Source: an uncultured Planctomycetia bacterium (GTDB taxonomy: Bacteria; Omnitrophota; Gorgyraeia; JAFGHF01). Taken from it: a DNA stretch of 47,452 nt. The notes beneath the pieces are model-generated. The model was not told where the DNA came from, did not search any database, and saw only the letters and a list, made by a program, of their open reading frames with translations. Below are positions 24,935-36,518 of this stretch, in pieces. The DNA lies in assembly GCA_964586605.1 (NCBI GenBank), contig CAZPGX010000003.1, positions 1-47,452 on the forward strand, given 5' to 3'. Position 1 is the stretch's first letter. Each line of letters opens with the position of its first letter. The translations under genes and the position numbers were made by a program.

Positions 24935-27649
24935 TTATTTAAAACCTTTTAGGTTGGCCTTTAGTTTCTTGACAGCGTCTTTTAGTTGGGCCTGTTTTTG
25001 TTTTGTCTGGACGACGACCTCTTTGGGGGCACGGCTGAGAAATTGTTTATTCTTGAGTTTTTTATCATTACTATGCAAAATATGTTCTAATTCTTTTATT
25101 TTTTGTGTAAGCCTCTTGGCCTCTTTCTTAACATCAATGATTCCTTCTAAGGGAACAAATATTTCACTATCCCCCACTACTGCCACAGCCGAGTGCTTGG
25201 GTTTTTTGAGCTTCTGACCGATTTCTAAAGAATCTACTTTGGCCAATTCTTTAATATAAGGGCTGTGCGCATTAAGCAGGTTTTCCAGAGGTTTTTTGTG
25301 CGCGCAAATTTTAACCGCAAGCCTCTTGGCCGGCTCAATCTGCCAGACCGAGCGGATATTTCTGATAGCCGTAATAGAGGAGATAATCATCTCCATTCGG
25401 CTCTCTGCCTTTTTATTAATAAATTGTTTTTGCATCTGCGGCCAGGAAGAGACCATAATCGAATTTCCCTCGTGAGGCAGGCCTTGCCAAAGCTCTTCAG
25501 TTACAAAAGGCATGATCGGGTGCATTACCCTTAAGGTCTTCTCCAAAACTTTATAGAGCACAACTTGCGTCGCTTCCTCTTTAATATTCTTTTTGGATAA
25601 CTCTATATACCAGTCGCAGAACTGATGCCAAAAAAACTCATACAGGGTTTTTGCGGCATCATTAAAGCGGAAATTATCCAGCGCCCCGGTAACCTCCTCC
25701 AGGGTTTGATAAAACCGGCTTAATATCCATTTATCTTTCAGTTCGTTAATGCCTTTGGCCGCAGCGCGCAAATCAACGCCTACCTTTTCTTTATCCAGGT
25801 TGAGCTGGATAAAGCGCGCGGCATTCCAGATCTTGTTGGCGAAGTTGCGCCCGGACTCAAACCTCTCGCGGGACAAAAATACGTCCTGACCTGTGGCCAC
25901 AAGCGAGATAATGCTGAAGCGCAGGGCATCGCAGCCGTATTCATTGATTATCTCCAGCGGGTCAATAACATTGCCCAGCGATTTGGACATCTTGGTGCCG
26001 CTTAGGTCTCTGACCGTGCCGTGGATATAGACATCGCGAAAAGGAATCTCTTTTCTAAAGTGCAGGCCGGCCATAATCATCCTGGCCACCCAGAAAAAGA
26101 TAATCTCCTGGGCGGTAACCAGGGTTGAAGTAGGATAGAAAAACCTCAGTTCCTGCTCTTCTCTCTTGCCCAGCGTCGGCCACCCGAAGGTGGCAAAGGG
26201 CCACAGCCATGAGGAAAACCAGGTATCCAGGACATCCTCATCCCGGCGAAGGTCTGTGCCGCCGCATTTGGGACAAAAGTGGGGATTCTCCAGAGAAACT
26301 ATAATCCCCGCCTCGGTAAGCTCGACTTTCTGCTTGGGTGAGACCTTTTTGCCCTTGTGCAAGAGCTCATAGGCCCTTTTGCAGTCGGCGCAGTACCAGG
26401 CCGGAATACGGTGGCCCCACCAGATCTGCCGGCTGATGCACCAGCCGCGTAAGGCGCCCATCCAGTTTAAATAAACCTTCTTCCAACGGCTGGGGTAAAA
26501 CTTAACTTTACCCTTTTTAACTACCTCGGCTGCCTGTTTGCCTAATTTTGGCATATCCACAAACCACTGCTGGGAAAGATAGGGCTCAACCATTGTATGA
26601 CAGCGGTAGCAGTGGCCTACGGAATGCAGATGCTCCTCTGTTTTCTCCAGGAGGTCCCGCTCTTCTAAATCATCGACAACGGCCTCGCGGGCCTCCAGGC
26701 GGTCCATGCCCTGATAGTTTAAGGGGACATTTTGATTCATCGTAGCATCGGCGTTCATCACCACTTTACTGAACAGCGCATGCCTCTGGGCAATCTCAAA
26801 GTCGTTGGGGTCATGCGCAGGAGTAATCTTGACGATTCCTGTGCCGAATTCAGGGTCAACTGCGCTATCGGCAATCACGGGGATTTCTTCATTGACCAAA
26901 GGCAGAATTACGCTCTTGCCGATTAGCTGCTTATACCTTTTATCTTTGGGGTTAACCGCAACAGCCGTATCCCCGAGCATAGTCTCAGGACGCGTAGTAG
27001 CCACAGTAATGAATTTTCTGGTGTCCTCTTTTAAGGGATAGCGAATGTAATAAAGGCTGCCCTTGGCTTCTTTGTGCTGGGACTCCTCATCGGAAAGGGC
27101 GGTCTGGCAACGCGGGCACCAGTTGATAATATAGTTTGCCTTATAGATCAGGTTCTCTTTTGCCAGCTGGATAAAGACTTCACTCACCGCATCAGAGTAT
27201 TGTTCATCCATAGTAAAACGCATCCTGGGCCAGTCGCAGGAGCAGCCCAGCTTCTTTAGCTGGGTAATAATGGTAGAGCCATATTTCTGGCGCCATTTCC
27301 AAACCCGCTCTAAAAACTTTTCTCTTCCTAAGTCCTGCCGGGTTAAGCCGCTTTCGGCAATCTCTTTTTCCACTACATTCTGGGTGGCAATACCGGCATG
27401 GTCTGTACCGGGCATCCAGAGCGCGGCGTATCCCTGCATACGGCGGAAACGGATCAGGATATCCTGGATGGTATTATTCAGGGCATGGCCCATGTGCAGG
27501 ATGCCGGTAATATTCGGCGGGGGGATAACTATAGAGTAGGGTTTTTTGCGGGATGAGACCTCAGCGTGAAAGAGATTATTCTCTTCCCAGAACTGGTACC
27601 ATTTTTCCTCGCATTCTTTGGGATTATATTTTGGTGAGATATTGACCAT
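24935..27649 (-). CDS. valS: Valine--tRNA ligase
   Basis: 904 aa with PPPNITGILHMGHALN (HIGH), KMSKSLGN and a C-terminal coiled coil. Confidence 0.95.
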   Translation of the reverse strand: MVNISPKYNPKECEEKWYQFWEENNLFHAEVSSRKKPYSIVIPPPNITGILHMGHALNNTIQDILIRFRRMQGYAALWMPGTDHAGIATQNVVEKEIAESGLTRQDLGREKFLERVWKWRQKYGSTIITQLKKLGCSCDWPRMRFTMDEQYSDAVSEVFIQLAKENLIYKANYIINWCPRCQTALSDEESQHKEAKGSLYYIRYPLKEDTRKFITVATTRPETMLGDTAVAVNPKDKRYKQLIGKSVILPLVNEEIPVIADSAVDPEFGTGIVKITPAHDPNDFEIAQRHALFSKVVMNADATMNQNVPLNYQGMDRLEAREAVVDDLEERDLLEKTEEHLHSVGHCYRCHTMVEPYLSQQWFVDMPKLGKQAAEVVKKGKVKFYPSRWKKVYLNWMGALRGWCISRQIWWGHRIPAWYCADCKRAYELLHKGKKVSPKQKVELTEAGIIVSLENPHFCPKCGGTDLRRDEDVLDTWFSSWLWPFATFGWPTLGKREEQELRFFYPTSTLVTAQEIIFFWVARMIMAGLHFRKEIPFRDVYIHGTVRDLSGTKMSKSLGNVIDPLEIINEYGCDALRFSIISLVATGQDVFLSRERFESGRNFANKIWNAARFIQLNLDKEKVGVDLRAAAKGINELKDKWILSRFYQTLEEVTGALDNFRFNDAAKTLYEFFWHQFCDWYIELSKKNIKEEATQVVLYKVLEKTLRVMHPIMPFVTEELWQGLPHEGNSIMVSSWPQMQKQFINKKAESRMEMIISSITAIRNIRSVWQIEPAKRLAVKICAHKKPLENLLNAHSPYIKELAKVDSLEIGQKLKKPKHSAVAVVGDSEIFVPLEGIIDVKKEAKRLTQKIKELEHILHSNDKKLKNKQFLSRAPKEVVVQTKQKQAQLKDAVKKLKANLKGFK

Positions 27650-27657
27650 TAAACCCT

Positions 27658-27713
27658 AAATTCGAATATCGAAATTCGAAAGTTTCGGATTTCGTGCTTC
27701 GGATTTCGAATTT
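27658..27713 (-). repeat. Palindromic/direct TTCGAA-TTCGGA repeat cluster in the cimA-valS spacer
   Basis: Outer inverted repeat is AAATTCGAA (27658-27666) / TTCGAATTT (27705-27713). Inner near-palindrome is TCGAAATTCGAAA-g-TTTCGGATTTCGT. The 11-nt direct repeat TTCGGATTTCG occurs at 27684 and 27698. Confidence 0.8.
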
Positions 27714-27714
27714 C

Positions 27715-29283
27715 TCACTCTTTCTTATCCTTCAGTAATTTGTATTCAACAGAATCTACCAGGGCCTGCCAGGATGCCTCGATAATATTTTCATGAACCC
27801 CTACCGTACCCCAGGAATCCTGCTCATCCTGAGACTGGATTAACACACGCACCTTGGCCGCGGTCCCGGCCCGCTCATCCAGGACGCGCACCTTAAAATC
27901 GGTCAGGCGCATTTTGGCCAGGGCAGGATAAAACTCTGAGAGCGCCTTGCGCAGCGCCCTATCCAGCGCATTTACCGGGCCTTCTCCTTCGGCGGCGGTG
28001 TGCTCCTCAATTTTATTTACCTTTAGCTTGATTGCGGCTTCTGAGGTTATCTTGCCGCTTTTGGTCTTCTCAATAATTACCCGAAAACCTTCCAGGTCAA
28101 AGAACTTCTTGTGCTTTTTGAGCGCCTTTTTCATCAGCAGTTCAAAAGAACCCTCGGCGGCCTCAAACTGATAACCCCGGTGTTCTAAATCCTGGAGGAG
28201 CTTAAGAATCTTCTTTGTATGCAAGGCGTCTTTATCCAGGGCCAGCTCCAGCTCCTTGGCCTTCAAAAGGATGGAAGTCCTCCCGGAAAGCTCGGAGACT
28301 AAGAAACGACTTTTATTTCCCACAAGCTTTGGCTGGATATGTTCGTAAGTACCCGGGTATTTAACCATCGCATTAATGTGTACGCCTCCTTTATGGGCAA
28401 AGGCGCTTTCTCCCACAAAAGGCTGATTGCTCTTATGGCGCATATTACTGATTTCACTTACGTAGTGTGAAAGCTCAGTTAATTTCTGCAGCTTATTATC
28501 TGAAATACAATTAAGGCCTAACTTTAACTTAAGGTTTGCAATGCAGGCAATTAAGTCCACATTACCGCAACGCTCGCCATAACCGTTAATCGTACCCTGG
28601 ATATGAGTACAACCCTCTTCCACCGCAGCAATAGTATTGGCTACGGCCATACCACAATCATTATGCGTATGAATTCCTAAAGGAGTATTTAACCGAGGGA
28701 GTACCTTGCGAATTATCTGCACTACTGATGAGGTAATCATCCCCCCATTTGTCTCACAAAGAACAATTCTATCTGCCCCAGCTTCTTCCGCTGCCAATAA
28801 CGTCTTGAGGGCATAATCAAAATTATGCCTTGCACCGTCAAAGAAGTGTTCAGCATCGTAAATAACCATGCAACCATTCTTCTTTAGATATTTCACAGAA
28901 TTTAAAATCATCCGCAGATTCTGATCTAATGAAGTTCTTAAGACAACCTTAACATGCAAATCCCAACTTTTACCAAACAGGGTTATGACCTGCGCACCTG
29001 ACTTTAGAAGAGATTTAAGGTTAGCATCTTTTTGGGCGCTAAGATGTGGCCTGGCTGTAGAACCAAAGGCACAAATCTTAGCATACTTTAGGCGTTTTTT
29101 CCTAATCTGCTTAAAGAATTCCAAATCTTTAGGGTTGGAACCCGGCCAGCCACCCTCAATGTAATGCAGGCCAAAGAAATCTAATTTTTGCGCGATTTTT
29201 AATTTATCCGATACTGAATAAGAGATGCCTTCAGTCTGGGCGCCGTCTCTTAAGGTAGTGTCGTACAGCTCAACCTTGCGCAT
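27715..29283 (-). CDS. cimA: (R)-citramalate synthase / 2-isopropylmalate synthase family
   Basis: 522 aa. LYDTTLRDGAQTEG, HTHND and the C-terminal LeuA-dimer regulatory domain are present. The length and N-terminus fit the CimA type. Confidence 0.85.
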   Translation of the reverse strand: MRKVELYDTTLRDGAQTEGISYSVSDKLKIAQKLDFFGLHYIEGGWPGSNPKDLEFFKQIRKKRLKYAKICAFGSTARPHLSAQKDANLKSLLKSGAQVITLFGKSWDLHVKVVLRTSLDQNLRMILNSVKYLKKNGCMVIYDAEHFFDGARHNFDYALKTLLAAEEAGADRIVLCETNGGMITSSVVQIIRKVLPRLNTPLGIHTHNDCGMAVANTIAAVEEGCTHIQGTINGYGERCGNVDLIACIANLKLKLGLNCISDNKLQKLTELSHYVSEISNMRHKSNQPFVGESAFAHKGGVHINAMVKYPGTYEHIQPKLVGNKSRFLVSELSGRTSILLKAKELELALDKDALHTKKILKLLQDLEHRGYQFEAAEGSFELLMKKALKKHKKFFDLEGFRVIIEKTKSGKITSEAAIKLKVNKIEEHTAAEGEGPVNALDRALRKALSEFYPALAKMRLTDFKVRVLDERAGTAAKVRVLIQSQDEQDSWGTVGVHENIIEASWQALVDSVEYKLLKDKKE

Positions 29284-29298
29284 AATTTATCCTCCGCT

Positions 29299-30519
29299 CT
29301 ATTTCTTATCCAACTTAAATTTCCTGTGAATCGCACGCACCGCCTTCTTGGCAAGCCTCTTCCTGATTACGCAGGAAATGCTTATCTCGGAAGTGGAAAT
29401 CATCTCAATGTTAATCTTGTTCTCCGCCAGGGCCTCAAACATTCCGGCAGCAATACCCGAATGAGACTTCATTCCCACTCCGAGAATAGAAACGCGGACA
29501 ATATCCTTATCAACCGCAACAGCGCCGCCGCCAACCTGCTCGCTTGCCTTTCTGACTGTCCTGAGCGTCTTGGCCAAATTTTCTTTCACCACCGTAAAAG
29601 AAAGGTCGGTATAGCCGGTGCGCGAGATATTCTGGACAATCATATCCACATTTATCTCCTGCTCGGCAATCCTTTTAAACACCTTTGCCGCTACACCGGG
29701 TTTATCGGGAACATCGCGGATGGTAACCTTGGTCTCATTTCTATTTAAGGTTACTGCGCTGACTACAACCTTCTCCATCGCTTTTAGTGCTGGGGAAATC
29801 ATCGTTCCTCCTTCATCGCTAAAACTTGACCTGACGATAACGCGAATATTAAACCTCTTGGCCACCTGCACGCATCTTACCTGAACTACCTGTGCGCCAA
29901 GCGAGGCCATCTCCAGCATTTCGTCGTAGCTTATCCTCTCCAGTTTCCTGGCCCGGCGGACAATACGCGGGTCAGCGGTATAAATCCCCTCCACATCCGT
30001 ATAAATCTCGCAGTGCTTTGCCCGAAGGGCACGGGCTAAAGCCACGGCGGTTAAGTCGCTTCCGCCGCGGCCTAAGGTAGTTATCTCCCGGGATAGGTCT
30101 ACGCCCTGGAAACCGGCAACAATAACAATCTTCTTCTTGGCCAGTTCCTTTCTGATCCTGCCGGTATTAATCTTGATGATTCTGGCCCTGGTATGCCTGG
30201 AATCGGTAATAATCCCCACCTGGGCTCCGGTAAAAGATATGGCCTCGTATCCCAGCTTATGGATGGCCATTGCCAAAAGCGCCGTAGAGATCTGCTCCCC
30301 CGTAGAGATAAGCATATCCATTTCTCTTTCCGAGGGAGAACGGTTAACCTTATGAGCCAGCTTTAGTAAATCGTCCGTGGTATCGCCTAAAGCCGAAACC
30401 ACTACTACTATATCGCAGCCTTTTTGTCTATACTTAACTATGCGCCTGGCAACGCGAGAGATCCTTTTAGGGTCGGCAACTGATGAGCCGCCGTATTTTT
30501 GGACAATAATATTAGACAT
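29299..30519 (-). CDS. lysC: Aspartate kinase
   Basis: 406 aa with [19 protein letters not shown] and two C-terminal ACT domains. Confidence 0.92.
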   Translation of the reverse strand: MSNIIVQKYGGSSVADPKRISRVARRIVKYRQKGCDIVVVVSALGDTTDDLLKLAHKVNRSPSEREMDMLISTGEQISTALLAMAIHKLGYEAISFTGAQVGIITDSRHTRARIIKINTGRIRKELAKKKIVIVAGFQGVDLSREITTLGRGGSDLTAVALARALRAKHCEIYTDVEGIYTADPRIVRRARKLERISYDEMLEMASLGAQVVQVRCVQVAKRFNIRVIVRSSFSDEGGTMISPALKAMEKVVVSAVTLNRNETKVTIRDVPDKPGVAAKVFKRIAEQEINVDMIVQNISRTGYTDLSFTVVKENLAKTLRTVRKASEQVGGGAVAVDKDIVRVSILGVGMKSHSGIAAGMFEALAENKINIEMISTSEISISCVIRKRLAKKAVRAIHRKFKLDKK

Positions 30520-32176
30520 ACCCCTGCACTACCCTCTCTTTCTTTCTACGCTTGAAGGCCCGGAATAAGATTAAATCTACTTCCAGCAACATATAAAAAG
30601 CCAGGCCTAATAAGGCAAAGGCAATGAACATCAAAAGCCACTCTTGGCTTTTAAAGAAACGGATGATTTGATAAATCAGCGCCGCCACAGTCGTGGCCAG
30701 CATAATCAAAGCAGGCAAAAGAGTAAACTTTATGCTTTTGCGATGAGACAAAAGCCAGGAAGTAACTACGATCAAGGCCAGGGCCGCCACCAGTTGGTTG
30801 GCTGTGCCGAACATCGGCCAGATATTGCTCCATTTTCCGCTGAGGGCCAAAAATCCGCCGAAAGCAATTACAATAACGGTAGAGATGTATCTATTTTTTA
30901 TGCCTAATAATTCCTGGGTCAGATATCTTCCGATACGCGTAGCCGTATCCAAGGTTGTCAGGATAAAGGCATTCAAGATGGTTATCGCTATCAATCCGCC
31001 CCATTTTCCTAAAAGCGGCCGGGTTACCGAGGTAAAACCTTTAGCAAAGGCCGTCACCGGCCCGCCGCCTGTGTCTAATATCTGGCGCAGGTCGGCTATA
31101 TTAGCAATTGCCGCAGCAACTATTAAAAGCGCCAACAGTGCCACTATGCCTTCGACAACCATCGCCCCGTAGCCGATCTTACGCGCATGCCGTTCATTGT
31201 CCAGCTGCTTGGAGGTTGTACCCGAGGCAACCAAAGAATGAAATCCGGATATTGCCCCGCAGGCTATAGTAACAAAAAGCATCGGCCAGAGATAGCCGGT
31301 TTCGGCCTTCCAGGTTATAAAGGCGGGAAGCTGTATTGCCGGATGGGAAACAACCAATCCCGCAAAGCCTAAAACAATTCCGGCAACCAGCAAAAAGGCG
31401 CAGAGATAATCGCGCGGCTGAAGCAAAATATGCACCGGCGTAATAGAGGCGAAAAAGGCGTAAACTAAAAGCAGGATACTCCAGAGCTCCATCGACTTAA
31501 TGTTCAATGTATATTCCTGCACCTTAAAACTCAGCTTAACTAATCCCAGCGGGATGTTATTGCCCAACATTATTAAGCCGCCCAACACGGCCAGACCTAA
31601 AATCGTCGTGCTAATCTGGTTAAACTTGACGTCGTAAAGCATAAATCCGATTAACATGGCCAGCGGAATCAACCCTGCCGTAGGGATAACTATTTTCGGC
31701 TCGGCAATAAATGTCTCGGCGCAAAAATGGACAAAGACAGCAATAACTAAAATTAAGGTAAGCCAGATAAAAATAGAAAAAACTACCTTTGCCCTGTGAG
31801 AGATGGTTGCGCTGGCTACATCAGCAATGGAGCGGCCTTTTGAGCGCAGGGAAACCATCAGCGAACTAAAGTCGTGGATACCGCCGAAAAGGACTGTGCC
31901 CAGGACAATCCAGATTAGCGCAGGCGCCCAGCCCCAGAGACTCAAAGCGATAATCGGGCCGATTACCGGAGCCGCCCCGGCAATCGAGGCAAAATGATGC
32001 CCGAAGAGAATCGTCCAGTGTTTGGCGGGGACATAATCCACTCCGTCGTAATTAGCTATAGCCGGGGTTTTGCGCGAGGCATCAATATCCCAGATCTTAG
32101 CAAACCAGCGGCTATAAAACTGATAGCCCAGCCAGAAAAGCACTATCGCCCCTGCCGCTAAAATTAAGGAATTCAC
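30512..32176 (-). CDS. cstA: Carbon starvation protein A (peptide/pyruvate transporter family), GTG start
   Basis: 554 aa, polytopic. [18 protein letters not shown] and [20 protein letters not shown] are CstA hallmarks. Confidence 0.9.
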   Translation of the reverse strand: MNSLILAAGAIVLFWLGYQFYSRWFAKIWDIDASRKTPAIANYDGVDYVPAKHWTILFGHHFASIAGAAPVIGPIIALSLWGWAPALIWIVLGTVLFGGIHDFSSLMVSLRSKGRSIADVASATISHRAKVVFSIFIWLTLILVIAVFVHFCAETFIAEPKIVIPTAGLIPLAMLIGFMLYDVKFNQISTTILGLAVLGGLIMLGNNIPLGLVKLSFKVQEYTLNIKSMELWSILLLVYAFFASITPVHILLQPRDYLCAFLLVAGIVLGFAGLVVSHPAIQLPAFITWKAETGYLWPMLFVTIACGAISGFHSLVASGTTSKQLDNERHARKIGYGAMVVEGIVALLALLIVAAAIANIADLRQILDTGGGPVTAFAKGFTSVTRPLLGKWGGLIAITILNAFILTTLDTATRIGRYLTQELLGIKNRYISTVIVIAFGGFLALSGKWSNIWPMFGTANQLVAALALIVVTSWLLSHRKSIKFTLLPALIMLATTVAALIYQIIRFFKSQEWLLMFIAFALLGLAFYMLLEVDLILFRAFKRRKKERVVQGYV

Positions 32177-32253
32177 AGCTTAAGCCCCCAGACCCGTTAT
32201 TCAATGCTCACTATTATAGGCCTAAATATATTATATTGATAGCAATCAAAAGG

Positions 32254-32282
32254 ATTATACAACGTTAGCGGGATTTTGTAAA
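32254..32282 (-). promoter_or_regulatory. Sigma70-like promoter upstream of cstA
   Basis: The minus strand reads TTTACA-17 bp-TATAAT, about 75 nt upstream of the GTG start. Confidence 0.5.
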
Positions 32283-32290
32283 GGGAAAAT

Positions 32291-33577
32291 TTAGACTTTA
32301 GATAAATTAACTAAAAGCGGCAAGAGTTCGGGGCCGGATAATATTCCCAAAGCGCCGCCCTGGCAGGTCTTTTCGGAAAAATCTCCTGTCGCATCAGGTT
32401 TTATAGCGCCGCCGGCAACTAAAACCGGAACCGGGTCGGCAGAATGCGCTTTTAAGATACAGGGCGTGGAGTGGTCTGCGCTAACGCAGACTATTGAGCA
32501 GCTCATATCCAGGTGAGGAAGTAGATTAGCGAAAAAATATTTATCGATTGCTTCAATGGATTCCTTCTTTTTGGCATAATCTCCGTCATGCGCCGGCTCA
32601 TCCGGGCCTTTAATATGGATATACAGGCCGTCAAATTCCTTAACAACCCCAAGAACCTTTTCTGCGCGTAGTTTATAATCTTTTTCTAAGTCGCCTGAAG
32701 GCAAAGGAATCTCAATTATCTGCATTCCGGTTAAAAGGGCAATCCCCCGCTCTACCGGCATCTCCACAAAGCAACCGAACCTTAGATTAAATTTTTCTTT
32801 GATACTGGGAAATTTTGGAAGCCTGTTTCCGGCATCGCGGGTCAAAATTAGATTCGCCTTTAGTTTTCCTTGCGCTTCTCTTTTTTTGTTAGTCTCTGAG
32901 CCTTCTAAGACAAGCCGGCTTTTGGCTACAAATTCGTTGGTCAGTTTTGCGGCATTAAGGGCTTCCTGCGAATTCGCTTTTCCCTTAACGGGCCTGCATT
33001 CCTGCAATACATCCTCAAACTTCTGTTTGGCTACGCCGAATGGACCTCGTTTTTCATAGGCGGGATCGGTATTGGTAACCTCGGCTGAAAGTTCACCTCT
33101 GCGCGGATGAATAACCAAAACACCTCTGTGGCCGATTGTATTCTTAAACTTAAAACCTGCCGCAACGCTGGTGAGCTCTACCTTTTCGTTTATCTCTTTG
33201 GCTAATTGAGTGGCCTCTTCCGTAGTTAAGTTGCGGCCTACGCGGCGGTCAATAATGTTTTTACCTTCACCGGCAGTGGCAAAGTTAACCCGGTAAGCTA
33301 AGTCCCCGTCTTTAACCTCCAGGCCTTCGGCGTAGGACTCTAAAGGCCCGCGGCCGGTATAGTATTTTTCCGCATCGTAGCCTAAGATACTGATTACGGC
33401 GATGTCCGACTCCGGGGCAATGTCTTTGCCTACGGTATGCATCAGCCCGGTCTGGCCGCTTTTGGCTAACTCATCCAACAAAGGCGACTGCGCTGCCTGC
33501 AAGGGAGTCTTTCCGCCTAAACCCGGATGCGGCAAGTCCCCTAAACCATCCAATATAACATAAATAATCTTTTTCAT
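32291..33577 (-). CDS. apgM: Cofactor-independent phosphoglycerate mutase, archaeal ApgM type
   Basis: 428 aa. IIYVILDGLGD, the alkaline-phosphatase-superfamily core and ADHSTP are present. Confidence 0.85.
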   Translation of the reverse strand: MKKIIYVILDGLGDLPHPGLGGKTPLQAAQSPLLDELAKSGQTGLMHTVGKDIAPESDIAVISILGYDAEKYYTGRGPLESYAEGLEVKDGDLAYRVNFATAGEGKNIIDRRVGRNLTTEEATQLAKEINEKVELTSVAAGFKFKNTIGHRGVLVIHPRRGELSAEVTNTDPAYEKRGPFGVAKQKFEDVLQECRPVKGKANSQEALNAAKLTNEFVAKSRLVLEGSETNKKREAQGKLKANLILTRDAGNRLPKFPSIKEKFNLRFGCFVEMPVERGIALLTGMQIIEIPLPSGDLEKDYKLRAEKVLGVVKEFDGLYIHIKGPDEPAHDGDYAKKKESIEAIDKYFFANLLPHLDMSCSIVCVSADHSTPCILKAHSADPVPVLVAGGAIKPDATGDFSEKTCQGGALGILSGPELLPLLVNLSKV

Positions 33578-33578
33578 A

Positions 33579-34133
33579 TTACATCTTTGATATAGTTATG
33601 TCTTTCTGACCCTGATACTTACCTTTTTTATCCCGGTAAGAAACCTCACATTTCTGGTCTGACTCAAAGAACAGGACCTGGGCTATTCCCTCGCGCGCAT
33701 AAATTTTCACCGGACGAGGCGTGGTATTGCTGATTGATATGGTCAAGAAACCCTCCCAACCCGGCTCTAAAGGGGTAACGTTGACCACAACCCCGCAACG
33801 CGCATAGGTACTTTTGCCCGCAACTACCCCTAATATATTATCGGGCATTTTGAAATATTCTAAGGATTTAGCCAGGATAAAAGAATTGGCGGCAATTGTG
33901 CAGACATCCGTCTTTATACGGCGATAAGCGCTTTCCTTCATCTTTTTGGGGTCAATGATTAAATTTTGCGGCGGGCTGAAGAGCTTAAACTCATCGCTCA
34001 AACGGATATCGTATCCAAAACTGGAAGGGCCAAAAGAGATATTTCCGTCTTTAACCTGCTTTTTGACAAAGGGCGCAATCATCTTTTTTTCTTGCGCCAT
34101 GCGTATAATCCACTGGTCGGGTTTAATAGACAT
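33579..34133 (-). CDS. dcd: dCTP deaminase (possibly bifunctional dCTP deaminase/dUTPase)
   Basis: 184 aa. [19 protein letters not shown] and [10 protein letters not shown] are typical Dcd blocks. Confidence 0.88.
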   Translation of the reverse strand: MSIKPDQWIIRMAQEKKMIAPFVKKQVKDGNISFGPSSFGYDIRLSDEFKLFSPPQNLIIDPKKMKESAYRRIKTDVCTIAANSFILAKSLEYFKMPDNILGVVAGKSTYARCGVVVNVTPLEPGWEGFLTISISNTTPRPVKIYAREGIAQVLFFESDQKCEVSYRDKKGKYQGQKDITISKM

Positions 34134-34134
34134 A

Positions 34135-36405
34135 TCAACAGCGGCTGTAGCCGCAGCCAGGGCTGGCGCAAACTACACAGCCTTCTTCGTGGCGCAGGGC
34201 GCCGCCGCAATCCGGGCAGACGCCGACAATGGTTTTTATCTTAACTTGGGTATTGCCCTGATCTATCTTTTGCTGCAGAGGTTGCTCTGGACCTTCTCCT
34301 ATCTGCTTTGGTTTTTCGCTCTTGCCCAGGCGTCTTTCGATTACCCTGGCGATAGCATCGGCACAGGAGAATATCCTCCCCTCTTTACTCCATGAAGGAG
34401 AGGGACAGCGGATACCGCGCAATTGGTCAATTATAGATTTTAAATCTATGCCTGAACGCAAGGCCAGAGAAACCAGCCGGCCAATAGCCTCCAGTTGAGA
34501 AGCGGCGCAACCGCCGGCCTTGCCTATCTGCATAAACACCTCAAAAGGACGACCCTCTTCATCTTCGTTGATAGTAATATAGAGATTGCCGCAACCGGTA
34601 GTAACCTTCGTAGTTGTCCCGGTAACCACCTGCGGCCGCGGGCGGGGCGAAATAGAAACACTTAGCTGCGCGCCTTCAGCTTGTCCGGCCTCTGTGCCCA
34701 GATTAAGCACCTGTTCTTCGCGGCTTTTGTCGCGATAAATAGTTACCCCTTTACATCCCAGCTCATCCGCCATCCGATAAACCTGCTCTACGTCCTCTGC
34801 AGTAGCGTCATGAGGAAAATTTACGGTCTTGCTCACGGCATTGTCGGTGAACTCCTGGAATACCGCCTGCATGCGGATATGCCATTCGGGGGTAATATCG
34901 TGGGAAGTAACAAATACGTTGCGTACATCCTCGGGAATCTCAGGAATATCCTGAATGGATTGGCCTTGAGAAATTAACTTGATCAATTCCGCACTATAAA
35001 AGCCTCTTTCCTTGGCTATTTCTTCAAAAATCGGATGAAGCTCAGGGAGGCTTTGTTTGTCCAAGACCTTGCGCAAGTAGGAAAGGGCAAAGATAGGCTC
35101 TATTCCGCTTGAGCAATTGGCAATGATGCTCAAAGTCCCCGTAGGGGCAATGGTGGTCAAGGTTGCATTGCGCAGGCGTAGGCCACCCTCAATGTCATAG
35201 ATGCTCCCCTTGAAATTAGGAAAGATGCCTCTTTCTTTGGCCAGGGCACAAGATGCAGCAGCCGCCTTCTCCAGAATAAAACTCATAATTTTGTGGGCAA
35301 GGGAGATTGCCTCTTCAGAATTATAGGCAATCTTTAACTGAATCAGCATGTCGGCAAAGCCCATTATGCCCAAGCCGATTTTTCTATTGCCCTTGGTCAT
35401 CTTCTCTATCTCAGGCAAAGGATATTTATTCATATCAATAACATTATCCAGAAAGTGCACGGCAGCCTCGGTAGTGTGGGTAATTTTATCCCAATCAATG
35501 CAACCATTCGTAACCATCTTAGAAAGATTAATGCTGCCAAGGTTGCAGCTCTCATAAGGCAAAAGAATTTGTTCGCCGCAAGGGTTTGTTGATTCATACT
35601 CTCCCAGGGCCGGCGTAGGGTTGTATTTATTCATCCGGTCAAGAAATATTATTCCCGGCTCGCCGTTTTTCCAGGCCATCTGGATTATTTTATCAAAGAC
35701 CTCTTTAGCGTTAAGCCTGCCGGTAACTTCTCTGCCGTGCGGCTCGATTAAATCGTAGTCCTGATTATTCTTCACCCGCTGCATAAAATCCTCGCTAACC
35801 GCCACGGAGATATTAAAATTGGTAATGTCTTTATCATTTTCTTTGCAGGAAATAAACTCCAAAATATCCGGGTGGTCCACGCGCAGGATACCCATGTTGG
35901 CCCCGCGGCGGGTACCGCCCTGTTTTACCGCCTGGGTTGCGGCATCAAAAACCTTCAAAAATGAAACCGGCCCGCTGGCAATCCCACTTGTTGATTTAAC
36001 CCTTGATCCCTTTGGCCTCAACCGGGAAAAGGAAAACCCTGTCCCACCGCCTGACTTGTGGATCATGCTCGTGTCTTTTACGGTCTCGAATATCGACTCC
36101 ATAGAATCGGCAATCGGCAAAACAAAACAGGCGCTCAATTGCTGCAGGTCGCGCCCGGCATTCATTAAAGTAGGGCTATTAGGCAAAAATTCCAGATTGG
36201 CCATAAGAGAATAAAACCCCCGGGCTATCTTTTCTGTGTCGGCGTCTTTGTTGTAGAGTTTCTCGGCTTGAGCAATATTTGCGGCTACACGCTGGAACAT
36301 ATCGTCGGCAGACTCAATAACTTTGCCCTGTTGGTCTTTCTTTAAATATCTCTTTTCTAATACCTTTTTAGCGTTTTCGGAAAGTTTGCAAGCCAACTTT
36401 TCCAT
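34135..36405 (-). CDS. nrdJ: Adenosylcobalamin-dependent (class II) ribonucleotide reductase
   Basis: 756 aa. [24 protein letters not shown] and TIAPTG are present, plus a C-terminal Cys-rich zinc ribbon (CPDCGG...[14 protein letters not shown]). Confidence 0.92.
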   Translation of the reverse strand: MEKLACKLSENAKKVLEKRYLKKDQQGKVIESADDMFQRVAANIAQAEKLYNKDADTEKIARGFYSLMANLEFLPNSPTLMNAGRDLQQLSACFVLPIADSMESIFETVKDTSMIHKSGGGTGFSFSRLRPKGSRVKSTSGIASGPVSFLKVFDAATQAVKQGGTRRGANMGILRVDHPDILEFISCKENDKDITNFNISVAVSEDFMQRVKNNQDYDLIEPHGREVTGRLNAKEVFDKIIQMAWKNGEPGIIFLDRMNKYNPTPALGEYESTNPCGEQILLPYESCNLGSINLSKMVTNGCIDWDKITHTTEAAVHFLDNVIDMNKYPLPEIEKMTKGNRKIGLGIMGFADMLIQLKIAYNSEEAISLAHKIMSFILEKAAAASCALAKERGIFPNFKGSIYDIEGGLRLRNATLTTIAPTGTLSIIANCSSGIEPIFALSYLRKVLDKQSLPELHPIFEEIAKERGFYSAELIKLISQGQSIQDIPEIPEDVRNVFVTSHDITPEWHIRMQAVFQEFTDNAVSKTVNFPHDATAEDVEQVYRMADELGCKGVTIYRDKSREEQVLNLGTEAGQAEGAQLSVSISPRPRPQVVTGTTTKVTTGCGNLYITINEDEEGRPFEVFMQIGKAGGCAASQLEAIGRLVSLALRSGIDLKSIIDQLRGIRCPSPSWSKEGRIFSCADAIARVIERRLGKSEKPKQIGEGPEQPLQQKIDQGNTQVKIKTIVGVCPDCGGALRHEEGCVVCASPGCGYSRC

Positions 36406-36518
36406 AATTTTTCTCCATCTTAATTACGGTTAAAGATCACTTTTCCTGCTAGCCATTACCTCTCACCTAGTGCGAAGCCTCCCCGAAAGGGGACCGCCTA
36501 AATTCCCTCTTCCACTAG
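36406..36518 (-). promoter_or_regulatory. Structured 5' leader of nrdJ (52-nt 5'-proximal stem-loop)
   Basis: On the minus strand CUAGUGGAAG pairs with CUUC-G-CACUAG (plus coordinates 36467-36518). This encloses CCCC-UUUC-GGGG (36481-36492) and an asymmetric internal loop AGGGAAUUUAGGCGGU. Confidence 0.45.

Noticed and set aside
27650-27714. T-box leader upstream of valS
   Set aside because: The spacer is only 65 nt. It has no specifier loop, no AGAGA/GNUGGUA-type T-box sequence and no terminator/antiterminator pair. It consists of TTCGAA-type repeats instead.
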